A DNA stretch of 64,000 nucleotides from Lysobacterales bacterium (GCA_965212525.1 CBDBVC010000013.1:100002-164001), one strand, 5' to 3'. Counted from the stretch's first letter, positions 19,624 to 30,929 are shown. Made by a program: numbers and translations. Notes: generated by a model not told the origin, from the letters alone.

Positions 19624-22368
19624 TCACTGGAGATTTTCGAGATAGGTTCTGGCCCTCATCAGGTGGCGGTCATTCTCTTGCCGTGAAGCGAGCACACTGA
19701 TCGCCTTCTCGAACAGACTTCCGGCTTCCTCTCGTCGATCCAGTGCTGCCAGACAATAGCCCAGCGCATAGCGCGCCTCGGCCAGGGCCCAGTGATTCTC
19801 ATCCAGCGACGAACGGATCTGCAATGCCTCCTGCAACATTGGCAACGCCTCATCCGCCTGCCCGAGCGCGGTCAGTGACTGACCCAGACCAACCAGAGAA
19901 TAAGCCAGATAGGGGTGACCGTCTGGGTGCAGCTTGCGACGCATTTCCAGTGACTGCCTGAACATCTCGGCAGATTCATCAAGGCGGCCCAGATCATACA
20001 GAACCGATGCCTGATTGCTGATCGTGGTGGCAACAGCCGGATGCTCCGCACCAAACCGTTGGATCAGACCGGCCAGTGCCTGTTGATAGAGCTTCTCAGC
20101 ATCCTCGTAGTCATGACCGGCCTGTCTGACCATGGCCAGATTATTGAGTCCACTCAAGACCTGGATATGATCCGATGGCAGGCTTCGCTGCCGGATTTCC
20201 AGTGCTTCGCCCAGATAGGTAGCAGACAATGCCGAGCGCCCGGTCTCATTCAATAACAGACCCAGGTTGGTCAGCACCTGGGCAAGGTCAGGGTGATCGG
20301 CATCAAGGATTCGTCGCCGAATCTCGAGAGATTCAGCATAGAGCTGTTCAGCCTCTTCCAGGCGTCCCTGAAAATACACCACCAGCCCCAGATTATTGAC
20401 CAGTGTTGCCGTGACCGGGCTGAATACCGGTGAAGATGATGACGAACTCTGACTCACATCCAGTGCCTTGCGTAATTCAATGGCTTCACGCAGCAGCGGC
20501 TCTACTTCGCTGTAATTACCCTCATTCAGTGCCACAGCCGCCATGTCATTGAGCGCACTGGCCAGCAGCCGTGTATTGTCGGCGTGGTGTCGCCTGACTC
20601 GTGTCAGTGAATCCTCTAGCATCGTTCTTGCTTCGTCCAGGTCACCCGTTTTCTGAAGCAGTCGACCGAGTTTACCCTGGATCCAGAGCGTCAGTTCAGT
20701 CTCGTCATCACCCGAGGCTATCGATGCTGCCAGGCCCTGTTCGAGCGTGACTTTAGCCTCATCATGCTGACCAATCAGCATCTGTGTTTCACCCAGATAA
20801 AACAGGCTCTGAGCCAGTTGTTGAGGCGAACGACTTCGATTGAGTTCGACCGCCTGTTGCAACAGTTCACTGGATCTGTCGTAAACACCAAGGCTTTGAT
20901 AGGTTCTTCCTAGCGTATCCAGCAATGGGGCCTGAACGGAGACATCATCACCCGATTCCTGCATGACTCGCTCAACGCCAGCATCGAGAATATCCCGGGC
21001 TGACAGTTCCCTGCCACGCGATTGTTCAGGGTCGACACTGGTAAACACCTCCACCAGCAGGCTCGAAATTCGTTCCGCACGATCACGTTGCTGCCCGGCA
21101 ACCCGTGCCTGGTTGAGCGCGTAGATGGCGAAACCCAGCACCAGTGAAGAAACCAGAGCGGTCGTCGCAACTACAAGTACGTTGCGCCTGATGAACTTGA
21201 GCAGCCGGGTCATCACTGGCGTGGGGCTCGCAAGGATGGGCCTGCCGCTGATCACCCGGTTGAGGTCATCCCTGAAGGAGGCAACATCGGCATACCGGTC
21301 TCGGGGATCGCTGGCCAGAGCCGTGGCAGTAACCACATCGAGATCATCGCGCAACAGCCTGATCAGTGTCGCTGTTTTCAGCCCTCGATTGGCGGCAACC
21401 TCATCTGCCTTCATTCGCTCCAGATGGGCGACACGCGAGCTTGGCGGTTCCATGCCGGCATCCTGGTTTTTCAGTGGCTCGGGCAGACAGGATGTCAGCT
21501 GCTGATACAACAGCACACCCAGTGAATAGACATCGATGGCCGTGGTCGGTGCATTGTCGCTGGCCTGTTCCGGCGCAGAAAAACCGGGAGAGCCCCAGCG
21601 TACTCCAGCCTGGGTGATAGTGTGGCCATGGTCATCGAGCAGACGGGCAATGCCAAAATCCAGCAGCTTTACGTCACCGTCTTCCGTTACCAGTATATTA
21701 CCGGGCTTCAGATCCCGATGAATCACCAGATTCTGGTGGGCATGCTGAACCGCATCGGCAACACGATCGACCAGTTGCAGGCGCTGCGTGATGCCGAGTC
21801 CGGCCTGGTCACAGTAGTCATCCAGCGGTAACCCTCGGATATACTCCATCACGAAATAGGGCCTGCCGTCTTCGGTGATACCGGCATCCAGCAACTGTGC
21901 AATATTGGGGTGAACCAGACGCGCCAGAACCTGTCGCTCATTATCGAATCGGGCGATTATTTCCGGGCGACTGATGTCCAGTGGCACCACTTTCAGGGCC
22001 ACCTGACGTTCGAAGGTTCCATCGTCACGTTCTGCCAGAAACACCGAACCCATGCCGCCTACGCCCAATACAGACACCAGCCTGTATGGCCCGATTCGTT
22101 TACCCACAGCCCAGGCCTCATCAACTTCGGCGGGCAATGAGGAACCAATATCGTCACTCAGGGATTCGAAGAAACCCTCAGCCTTTTCCTGACCCCGAAG
22201 CAGTTCCGCCAGCCGGTTGCCCAGATCAGGCTGACTGGCAATCAGTTCGGCCAGGAATTGCTCACGATCATCGGCACCCATCGACACTGCCTTTTCCAGC
22301 AGATCATGCAATGCCGGTTGTCCATGATGTTCGTCAGCTGACAATTGATTCTCCTCCCATTTCATCAT
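19624..22368 (-). CDS. Ser/Thr protein kinase with a TM helix and a long C-terminal TPR array
   Basis: GxGxxG (LGVGGMGSV), VALK, HRDLKPGNILV, DFGIARL and SAPEQ. A TM segment follows (VLVVATTALVSSLVLGFAIYAL), then about 450 aa of TPR-like repeats. The start is ambiguous (22398, 22368 or 22365) and overlaps the sigma-factor stop. Confidence 0.9.
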   Translation of the reverse strand: MMKWEENQLSADEHHGQPALHDLLEKAVSMGADDREQFLAELIASQPDLGNRLAELLRGQEKAEGFFESLSDDIGSSLPAEVDEAWAVGKRIGPYRLVSVLGVGGMGSVFLAERDDGTFERQVALKVVPLDISRPEIIARFDNERQVLARLVHPNIAQLLDAGITEDGRPYFVMEYIRGLPLDDYCDQAGLGITQRLQLVDRVADAVQHAHQNLVIHRDLKPGNILVTEDGDVKLLDFGIARLLDDHGHTITQAGVRWGSPGFSAPEQASDNAPTTAIDVYSLGVLLYQQLTSCLPEPLKNQDAGMEPPSSRVAHLERMKADEVAANRGLKTATLIRLLRDDLDVVTATALASDPRDRYADVASFRDDLNRVISGRPILASPTPVMTRLLKFIRRNVLVVATTALVSSLVLGFAIYALNQARVAGQQRDRAERISSLLVEVFTSVDPEQSRGRELSARDILDAGVERVMQESGDDVSVQAPLLDTLGRTYQSLGVYDRSSELLQQAVELNRSRSPQQLAQSLFYLGETQMLIGQHDEAKVTLEQGLAASIASGDDETELTLWIQGKLGRLLQKTGDLDEARTMLEDSLTRVRRHHADNTRLLASALNDMAAVALNEGNYSEVEPLLREAIELRKALDVSQSSSSSSPVFSPVTATLVNNLGLVVYFQGRLEEAEQLYAESLEIRRRILDADHPDLAQVLTNLGLLLNETGRSALSATYLGEALEIRQRSLPSDHIQVLSGLNNLAMVRQAGHDYEDAEKLYQQALAGLIQRFGAEHPAVATTISNQASVLYDLGRLDESAEMFRQSLEMRRKLHPDGHPYLAYSLVGLGQSLTALGQADEALPMLQEALQIRSSLDENHWALAEARYALGYCLAALDRREEAGSLFEKAISVLASRQENDRHLMRARTYLENLQ

Positions 22369-22942
22369 GCAGCCACAGACAGGCTGCCTGCCAGTCACGC
22401 TTCACCGTCGCCACCGAGATCTGCAATTGTCCGGCTATATCCTCCAGGCTCATGCCACCGAACACGCGGCAGATAATCACATCGGACCAGCGCTGCTTGT
22501 CGAGCGCCAGCTTCTCAAGTGCCGCATCCAGACTCAGCAGTTCCTCGCTGCGGCGCTCGGAGACCAGCAGCGATTCATCAATGCTCTGATGCGGATGATC
22601 ACCCTCGCGTTTCTGACGGTGGCGTCGCCGCGCATTGTCGATCAGGATGCTGCGCATGGCCATGGCGGCAATATGAATGAACTGGGAGCGATTGACCCAG
22701 TCGATGGTCGATTGCCGTTTCAGTTTCAAATAGCACTCATGGACGATACTGGTGGTCCCGAAGCGATCGCCGGGCTTCGAGTTGAGCCTGGCTGACCGGG
22801 CGATCATGCGCAGCTCCTGATAGAGCTCGGGCAGGAAACTGTCGAGGCTGGCCGAATCCAGATGCTGCAATGAAGGCGTCTGCAGTACGGTCTTGCGTAG
22901 CTTGAGATCCAGGTCCGTTTCGTTGGAATGCTCTGCTGGCAT
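22334..22942 (-). CDS. ECF-type RNA polymerase sigma factor (Sigma70_ECF / kinase-associated type)
   Basis: Region 2-like TSIVHECYLKL. Region 4 HTH MSLEDIAGQLQISVATVKRDWQAACLWL. The 3' end overlaps the kinase gene. Confidence 0.85.
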   Translation of the reverse strand: MPAEHSNETDLDLKLRKTVLQTPSLQHLDSASLDSFLPELYQELRMIARSARLNSKPGDRFGTTSIVHECYLKLKRQSTIDWVNRSQFIHIAAMAMRSILIDNARRRHRQKREGDHPHQSIDESLLVSERRSEELLSLDAALEKLALDKQRWSDVIICRVFGGMSLEDIAGQLQISVATVKRDWQAACLWLHDEMGGESIVS

Positions 22943-23098
22943 GGATGAATTCGGATTCCTTCTGCTGGGTTGAACGATCCGCTCCTGATCAGCTTAATCA
23001 TCCCGCCCGTTGATGTCCATGGCATCACCCATGAGCCGTTCTGGCAGGAATTGTCGTCCGTATGAGTGAGAAGCAAAAAATCCAGGAGATCCGGGATC

Positions 23099-25852
23099 AT
23101 GTTGAGGAATCAGATATCACGTCTATGTCGGCTGTTGATGGTGTTTGCCATCCTCTACAGCGGCACCACTCCGGCCGCACTACAGGTGGTTTCAGACACC
23201 TTGATACCGACCGCTGTCCCGTTTGAATACAACGGCAATCTCTACTTCACTGCAAACGTGCCTGGCGCGGGGTTTGAAATGGTTACCAGCAATGGTACTG
23301 CGGGTGGCACGGGCTTGTTCATGGACATCGAACCCGGTGCGGGCAGCTCAGGCGCACGGCCCCAGTTCATCTACAACGGTGAACTATATTTCACTGCCAC
23401 CAATACGGCGTCTGGCCATGAATTGTGGAAAACCGACGGCACCGTACCGGGCACCAGTGTGATTGACAATTTTGCTGGGGCCGCGGGCTTTAACGGTCTG
23501 AGTAATTTCATCGAATACAACGGCATCGTCTATTTCAAGGGCTTCACGGCGGCCAATGGGTCGGAGATATGGCGCACAGACGGTACCGTGGCCGGGACCT
23601 TTCTGGTCAGTGACATTCTTTCTGGCACCTCGTCCGGCGGCTTTGATGACCCGGAAGTCTATAACGGCCTGTTGTATTTTCGTGCAACCAATGGCAGCTT
23701 TGGCGCGGGCCGTGGGCAGGAACTGTGGCGTACCAACGGTACGGGGCCAGGAACGATCATGTTTGCCGATATCAACACCGGAAACGACAGCAGTGCACCA
23801 AGATACATGACGTCTTTTGGTGGATTCCTGTATTTTTCCTGCAACAACGGTGCCGTCGGTGTCGAGCTGTGCCGCTCGGACGGTATTACTGCCGGCCTGT
23901 TCGCAGACATCCGGCCCGGCAGTCAGTTTTTCAGCAGCAGTCCTGAAAATTTCATCATCGTCGGTGGCAACCTGTATTTCGATGCCTTCCTCGGTACCAC
24001 CGAGGAAATGTGGCGTGTGACTTCGGCAAATTTTCTCAACCGGGTGCAGGCAGGCCTCACGCTCAGCCCGATGGACCAGGTCAACTTCAATAATGATCTG
24101 GTCTACCAGTCCAACGGTATCATCTACCGCACCGATGGCAGCACCGATGGCGGCGTCCAGATTGTCTCACAGAACGGCAGCATCACCAGTGCCCGTAATT
24201 TTGCCGTCTCCAATGGCCGCGTTTATTTTTCAGGCGTCTACTTCCTCAGTAATTCCACCGGCTTCGAACTGATGCGAAGCGACGGTACCAATGCCGGCAC
24301 CACCATCATGGCCGACATTGCGCCGGGAGGCACCAATTCCTTCCCTACCAATCTGGTCGACTACAACAACACCCTGTATTTCAGTGCCACATCCGGCGGT
24401 GTCACCCGCTGGTACAGTTTCGTTGAGGAATCTGGAAACATCAGTCTCGACAGCCCAACGGCAACTGTCAGCGAGGACGGTGGCATGATCGATATCAATG
24501 TCACTCGTGCTGCCGGCAGTAACGGATTTGCACAGGTGAATTTCACGACATCAAATGGTACCGCCACACAGAGTCTTGATTTCACGGCAGTCAGTACAAC
24601 CGTCACCTGGCAACCCGGCGTAGCCAATACCCAGGTGATCAGTGTTCCGATTCTGGAGGACATGCTCAGCGAGGGTGACGAGACATTCACGGTGTCTATC
24701 AGCACCAGTGTGGGTGCCACTCTTGGGACTGTCACGACAACGACCGTGACCATCACTGACAATGACGTGCCGCTGGTCGCCAACGCAGACAACTACAGTA
24801 TCGATGAAGACGGCAATCTGGTGGCCGATGATGCTGATGGCATGGGTACGGGCGGTGACAGCAGTGATGATGGTGTACTGGCAAATGATACCGGTCCGGG
24901 CAGCCTGATGGTGACCACCACCGGCATGATCTCGGCCACCGGACTGGGTGGATCGGTCGATATGGCAGCAGACGGCACGTTCACCTACACACCACCGATG
25001 GATGCCTTCGGACAGGACAGTTTTGAATACATGATGACAGACGGCGGGGGTACTCAAGCCGCGACGGTGACCATCACCGTCAACCCGATAAACGATGCAC
25101 CCATCCTGGTACCCGGTCCCAGCCAGTTTTTCACCAGTGGGGTGAGTGGCCTGCAGACCATACCCGGATGGGTGCAATCCGTTGATCTGGGCCCGGGCGA
25201 GAATGGACAATCGGTGCTGGATTACAACATTGTTCAGGTCATCGATGGCGATTCTGTACTCAACTCGGTTGATGTGCTCAATGACGGCACGCTTGAAATC
25301 GACCTGACCGGTAGCAGTGGGTCAGCACGTATCGACCTGAGCGTGACTGATGATGGTGGCACGGCCAATTCGGGTGATCAGGACACATCCGATGTACACA
25401 CATTCTTTGTCAGTGTCGATCGGGCAGCCGATGTAGGTGTGACCGCAGTTCAATGTGACAGCCTGACCGGGCCAGGCTTCGCTCACGATTACGGCCTGAC
25501 TATCAGCAACAACGGTCCCGATGCCACCAGTGAAGTGATTGTCGACATCAGCTTCACTGGCGAGATTGACCAGATCACCGCAACATCCATGCCAGCTGGC
25601 AGCAACTGCATGGGATCTGGCAATGACCTGTTGTGTACGCTTACCACTGCCATCCCATCTGGATCATCCGACTTCATTGACCTGTCGATTGTCAGCGATA
25701 TCGCAGCCACCTCGGATATTGTGATGTCAGTGCAGGTCACAGGGCTCGATGACGACACCAATGTCGCCAATAACAACAGTGGGCTCTCGGCCCAGATGAT
25801 TCAGGACCTGGTGGCCACAGGTGGCTTTGAATCCTGTACCACTGAAGAATGA
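23099..25852 (+). CDS. large secreted ELWxxDGT-repeat protein with Calx-beta, cadherin/VCBS-like and DUF11-like domains
   Basis: Signal peptide. Repeats ELWKTDGTVPGT, EIWRTDGTVAGT, ELWRTNGTGPGT, ELCRSDGITAG, ELMRSDGTNAGT. Calx-beta-like DFTAVSTTVTWQPGVANTQVISVPILEDMLSEGDETFTVSIS. ...TVTITVNPINDAP. C-terminal DUF11-like YGLTISNNGPDATSEVIVD. Confidence 0.85.
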   Translation: MLRNQISRLCRLLMVFAILYSGTTPAALQVVSDTLIPTAVPFEYNGNLYFTANVPGAGFEMVTSNGTAGGTGLFMDIEPGAGSSGARPQFIYNGELYFTATNTASGHELWKTDGTVPGTSVIDNFAGAAGFNGLSNFIEYNGIVYFKGFTAANGSEIWRTDGTVAGTFLVSDILSGTSSGGFDDPEVYNGLLYFRATNGSFGAGRGQELWRTNGTGPGTIMFADINTGNDSSAPRYMTSFGGFLYFSCNNGAVGVELCRSDGITAGLFADIRPGSQFFSSSPENFIIVGGNLYFDAFLGTTEEMWRVTSANFLNRVQAGLTLSPMDQVNFNNDLVYQSNGIIYRTDGSTDGGVQIVSQNGSITSARNFAVSNGRVYFSGVYFLSNSTGFELMRSDGTNAGTTIMADIAPGGTNSFPTNLVDYNNTLYFSATSGGVTRWYSFVEESGNISLDSPTATVSEDGGMIDINVTRAAGSNGFAQVNFTTSNGTATQSLDFTAVSTTVTWQPGVANTQVISVPILEDMLSEGDETFTVSISTSVGATLGTVTTTTVTITDNDVPLVANADNYSIDEDGNLVADDADGMGTGGDSSDDGVLANDTGPGSLMVTTTGMISATGLGGSVDMAADGTFTYTPPMDAFGQDSFEYMMTDGGGTQAATVTITVNPINDAPILVPGPSQFFTSGVSGLQTIPGWVQSVDLGPGENGQSVLDYNIVQVIDGDSVLNSVDVLNDGTLEIDLTGSSGSARIDLSVTDDGGTANSGDQDTSDVHTFFVSVDRAADVGVTAVQCDSLTGPGFAHDYGLTISNNGPDATSEVIVDISFTGEIDQITATSMPAGSNCMGSGNDLLCTLTTAIPSGSSDFIDLSIVSDIAATSDIVMSVQVTGLDDDTNVANNNSGLSAQMIQDLVATGGFESCTTEE

Positions 25853-25861
25853 GTCCCGCCG

Positions 25862-25888
25862 GGGAGCATGCCATGATGGCATGCTCCC
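25862..25888 (+). terminator. stem-loop after the ELWxxDGT-repeat gene (no U-tract)
   Basis: Perfect 11-bp stem gggagcatgcc/ggcatgctccc with loop atgat, 10 nt after the stop. Confidence 0.45.
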
Positions 25889-25978
25889 TGTCGTGCAATG
25901 CCAGGTTGCACAATTTCATCCCCAACCCGTGTCACCTGTCTGCTAGACTCTGTGAAGCCAACATGACGGATCCAGTGC

Positions 25979-26713
25979 ATGACATCATTTTCAGACATTC
26001 ACCAGCGAGCAATCGAACGCAAGGGTGGTGAGAAGACTCTTGCCAGCCTGCTGCCATCGGTTATGTCAGCGAAGAAGCTGGCCCAGGTCGGTGACGACCG
26101 CTTTCTTGCCATGATGGCCAAGGCCATCAATCAGGCCGGTTTCAACTGGACAGTGATCGAGAACAAGTGGCCACAGTTCGAGGAGGCCTTTTTCGGTTTC
26201 GATCCTGAAAAACTGAGCCTGCTGCCCGAAGAGCGCTGGGAGGCGTATACCAGTGACACGCGCGTGGTTCGTAACTGGCAGAAGATCAAGGCCGTAATGG
26301 ACAACGTTGGATTCGTGCTCGATGAATCTGCACGTCATGGCTCGTTTGGCAAGTTCATGGCCAACTGGCCCGCTGATGACCAGATCGGCCTGATGGCTCA
26401 TCTGAAAAAGCACGGTTCACGACTGGGTGGGCAGACTGCCCAGTGGTTCATGCGCTATGTAGGCAAGGACTGTTTCGTCATCAGCAACGATCTGGTCAAC
26501 GCCATCCAGCAAGCAGGTGTCGATATCCGCGACAACCCGACCAGTAAACGAGACCTCGGTCTCATCCAGCAGACAATGAATGCCTGGCATCTGGAAAGCG
26601 GCTTGCCGTATACCCACCTCAGCAAGATCGCGGCCTATTCCTGTGGACAAAACTACGAGGCCGATGGTATTCGCCAGCAGATGGACAAATTTTCTGCGGG
26701 ACATCCTGAATAA
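25979..26713 (+). CDS. DNA-3-methyladenine glycosylase I (Tag)-like protein
   Basis: FLAMMAKAINQAGFNWTVIENKWPQFEEAFFGFDPEKL ... RNWQKIKAVMDNVGFVL is collinear with E. coli Tag (LFEMICLEGQQAGLSWITVLKKRENYRACFHQFDP...RHRGKIQAIIGNA). The N-terminal Zn-Cys motif of Tag is not evident. Confidence 0.65.
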   Translation: MTSFSDIHQRAIERKGGEKTLASLLPSVMSAKKLAQVGDDRFLAMMAKAINQAGFNWTVIENKWPQFEEAFFGFDPEKLSLLPEERWEAYTSDTRVVRNWQKIKAVMDNVGFVLDESARHGSFGKFMANWPADDQIGLMAHLKKHGSRLGGQTAQWFMRYVGKDCFVISNDLVNAIQQAGVDIRDNPTSKRDLGLIQQTMNAWHLESGLPYTHLSKIAAYSCGQNYEADGIRQQMDKFSAGHPE

Positions 26714-26722
26714 GCGAAGCGA

Positions 26723-29700
26723 TCAAACCGTCTCCATCTGGTATTGCTTCGGCGACAGACCGTAACGGGCCTTGAAGCTCTGCGAGAAATGCGAGGGCGA
26801 ACTGAAACCGCACTCATCGGCTACGATACTGACCTGCTTGCCGTCGGTCAGAAATTCTGCTGCTTTCACCAATCGGTACTCACGCAGCAGTTCAGACGGG
26901 TTGTCATCGATCAGTGCCTTCAGCTTGCGTTGCAACTGGCGTTCACTGACGGCCAGCTTTGAAGCCAGCTCAGCCCGGCCAAACAGCGGGTTGTGGAAGT
27001 TGTCTTCAATGGCCTTGCGAATCTTGCTGACAAATGCCTGATCCCGCTTGTTGAGCTGAGTCGGCACTTCACCCTGAGACAACTGCTGTCCTGCCTGGCG
27101 CCTCAGTATGTCCCGGATACTCAGAATGTTGCGAATGCGCTGCTGCAACTCCTCGGCATCAAACGGCTTGGTCAGGTACTCGTCCACCTGTTCCTTCCAG
27201 CCCTGCATGCGCGAGTCCTTGTCGCCCCGTGCCGTCAGCAGAATGATCGGTATGTGCGATGTTCGATCGTCACTGCGGATCACCCTGGAGACCTGGAAGC
27301 CGTCCATCCCCGGCATCATCACATCAGACACGATCACATCGGGAATCTCCTTCAGGGCCGTCGCCACACCGTCCTGACCGTTGCCGGCCAGCAGACAGTG
27401 GTAACTGTCCTTCAGTGCCTCGTGAATGAAGGCCTGCATGTCCGGGTTGTCTTCGATGATCAGCACCGTTGCCCGATGTTCCGATCGCGGTGGTGCTAAC
27501 GGCGGCGCCACTTTCGGCTGCAGCTGGTTGATCTCGCTCAGCTGTTCCACCGTATCGCTGTCGATCTCGACGTCGTCTGCGGCTGCCTCTGCTGCCGGCA
27601 GTCGCACGCTGAAACGACTGCCGCGACCGGTCTCGCTGCTGGCCGAAATCTCGCCACCCTGGCTCTCGGCCATTTCCTTCACCAGCGCCAGACCTATGCC
27701 GCTGCCGATCTCGTTGCTGTGCTGTTCCAGACGCACAAAGCGCTCGAAGATCATCGACAGCTCCTTCTCGCTCAGGCCAGGTCCCGTATCGGTGACCGCA
27801 ATCTCGATCATGCTGTCGACAGACCGGTAACTGACCTCCACCTCACCGCCGGTGGGAGTGTACTTTATGGCGTTGGACAGCAGATTACCGGCGATGGTCT
27901 CGATGGTGTCGGGTGCCACACTGGCATGGCACTCCCCACCTGCATCAAGGCTCAGACGGATATGCTTGTCGTCGGCCATCGACTGGAACGAAGAGACCAC
28001 GAAACGGATGATGGTGGCGACGTTCTGCGACACTGCCTGTTGCGGGTCATTGCGATCCAGTCGCGCCATCTTCAGCAGCTGATCCACCAGCAGCAGCAGG
28101 CGGCGTGCATTGCGCAGAATCATCTTGTGCACCGATTTCTGTTTCGGATTCTCCGGTGCATTGACCAGCTTCTCCAGTGGCCCGAGGATCAGCGTTAGCG
28201 GTGTACGGAATTCATGCGAGACATTGGCAAACATCTGATTCTTGCGTGTCAGCAATGCTTCGATGGTGTCGCGCTGTTCTGCCACTTCGGTGGTTCGGAG
28301 TTTCACTTCCTGCTTCAGCTCGGCAGCACGCTGCTCGGCATTTCGCGTTCTGATGTGCACATAAAGCAGCGTCATGACAATGAACGCCAGCACATAGCCG
28401 GCGATGGCCCAGGGACTGAACCAGGGCGGCGGATAGACGCGAATGGACAGCGTTGCCTCATCCTCACTCCAGACGCCATCCTTGTTGGCAGCCCGCACAC
28501 GGAAGGTGTATCTGCCCGAAGGCAGGTTGGTGTAGGTGACGTGACGGTTGCTGGCATCCACTTCGGTCCAGTCGGGATCAAAGCCCTCCATCAGGTAACG
28601 GTAACGGTTGCTGCTGGGATCGGCATAATGCAGCCCGGCGAACTCGATGCCGAAGACGTAGTCCCGGTGTGACAGGTCCAGATGTGTCAGGCTCTCGATG
28701 GGGCCCGGCAGACTGAATCCATCCTCGGATGGGGTCTCGGACTGCCAGTCGTTGAAGCGGCTGAAACCGGTGAAGACAACACGAGGTGGCACCGTGTTGA
28801 TCTTGATCCTGTTCGGGATAGAAGGCGTTGAAGCCGCGACGACCACCGAAGTAAAGTTTGCCGGATGCCGACTGAAAACTCGAACCACGTGTAAAGACGT
28901 TACTCTGCAGGCCATCTCTGGCATCGAACCGTTTGATCTCACCAGAGTCGGGTTGTATCCGATACAGACCACGCGATGTCGAAACCCACAGTGCATTGTT
29001 CTCATCCATCTGCAATCCGGCGACGACACTGACAGGCTGTTCCTGATCACCCAATGGATACATTTGCTCGACCACAGCTGACATTTTCATTCTGGCCAGC
29101 CCACGTCGTTCAATTCCAGCCCAGATGGTATCGTTGTGTATCAACAACGAATCGACCGTAACGCCATGAATCGGTGAATCCGGAGCGGTCGCAAGAACGA
29201 GATGTCGTTCATCATCTTCACGCAGCAATCCTGCCGATGTGGCAAACCAGTAGGAGCCGTTTTTATCAGCAGAGGCTGCTATGAAACTTGCAGAATCTAT
29301 CCTCGAATCACCGGTGACAATCTGACTTGAAACCCCTTCATCAGCATCATAACGATACAGGCCAGAACGCGTTCCCAGCCAGTAAGCCCCCGTATCAATC
29401 GGTGCTGCAAAGTAGGTGATTTTTTCTGGAACCTGCCCCTCGAGTCGATCGATACTGGATGAATCCCGATTGATCCTGTTCAGCCCCTTTGCCGTCGAAA
29501 CCAGAATGTCACCCTGCGCATCTTCGATAATCGCGTTGACCTGTGGATGCGATAATCCCGATGTATCGGATTCAGTATCCACATGATGTCGGCAGAACGA
29601 GGTCATCTCATTGAATTCAACCAGGCCAGCTTCGGTCCCAATCCAGTTAATACCCTTACTGTCTTCAAACAGCGAATAGACCACTCTGGATGGCATGCAG

Positions 29701-30764
29701 GGCACACTGCCCGGCTGATCATCATGCTGTCCGAAGACCAGCGTGGACAAATCCAATCTGTTGATCCCTGCATTGAATGTACCAATCCACAGGCTTTCGG
29801 AATCTTCGTGAAACAGTGACAGCACCACATCGTCCTTGAGTGAATGCTCAGCTCCGGGGACATAGGTAAAATGCTGGATCTCACTCTGATTCTGAACACG
29901 AAACAAGCCCTCATCGAGCGTACCTACCCAGAGTACATTGTCATGACTCATTAACGAGATCGCATTGATCTGACCCAGTTCACGAATAGGTGATATTTCG
30001 GACGGGCTTGACCTGTCTGTCATGAACAGACCGATACTGGATGCAATCCAGATACTGCCTGAATCATCCTCGTGCAGATCCCGGACTGATATCCTGTCTG
30101 CGTAATCGCCCAGAGGAATCGACTCGAAAGACTGGTTTTCATCCTGACGATGGAACACACCAGAATTCCCGCCCAGCCAGACACCCTGATGATCAGATCT
30201 CAGAATTGACAGGACTGACACATCTTCGACTGACTCATCATCCACGAGTGTATGATGAGCCAGAACCAGACCACCGGTATCAATGATGACCAGACCCCGT
30301 TGAGTTCCGAGATATATTGTTCCCGCTGTGCCATGCTCAATGCTGTAGATAACGGGTGTCATCTGCTCACCATCTGAACCCAGGATTTCTACCTGGTGGA
30401 TTACATCGGCCTCGTGCACAAACAGCCCCCGGGCACCTGCAGCAATCCATAACTTGCCATCATCAGCCAGACTCAGACTGCGAATATCGGGAACGGGCTG
30501 ATTTGCTTCACGGTTGACAGTACCTGTCAGGGGAATGGTAGTGATTCGATAGCCATCGTAGCGCGCGAGTCCGGACCAGGTTGCAAACCACAGATAGCCG
30601 TCCTGGTCCTGTTCGATATCCCTGACAAGCGATCCTGGCAGGCCCTGATCAACCCACAGAGAATCAACACGCAGATTCATCCCATGAACGGCTGGGAGGA
30701 TCAGCAAAACACCAGAAATCAGAACAGCTAAGAAAGAAGGTTGCAGCAGGAGCGCACGTCTCAT
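26723..30764 (-). pseudogene. hybrid two-component system sensor/regulator (beta-propeller Reg_prop repeats, Y_Y_Y, TM, HisKA, HATPase_c, REC, AraC HTH), split by a frameshift near 28808
   Basis: The upstream ORF (30764-28578) holds the signal peptide plus propeller repeats (DQDGYLWFATWSGLARYDG...). The downstream ORF holds the Y_Y_Y region (NRYRYLMEGFDPDWT...GRYTFRVRA), a TM helix, the H-box SHEFRTPLT, an ATPase, REC (VLIIEDNPDM...DVMMPGMDG) and AraC HTH (GFSSPSHFSQSFKARYGLSPKQY). The frames join at FYPEQ|IKINTVPPRVVF if one nt is skipped. Confidence 0.85.
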
Positions 30765-30929
30765 GCCGGTTAATACAGGAGATCAGATGATAAAAAAATG
30801 TTCATTCGCCCATTTTATCCGGGCGAATGACATTTTGACAGCAGGTGTTCGACTATCCTGAACACTGCGTTGAGGATTCAGGTTATCCGAGTCACCTGAA
30901 TCGAGTTCTGATGGCCAGCACCGATTAGC

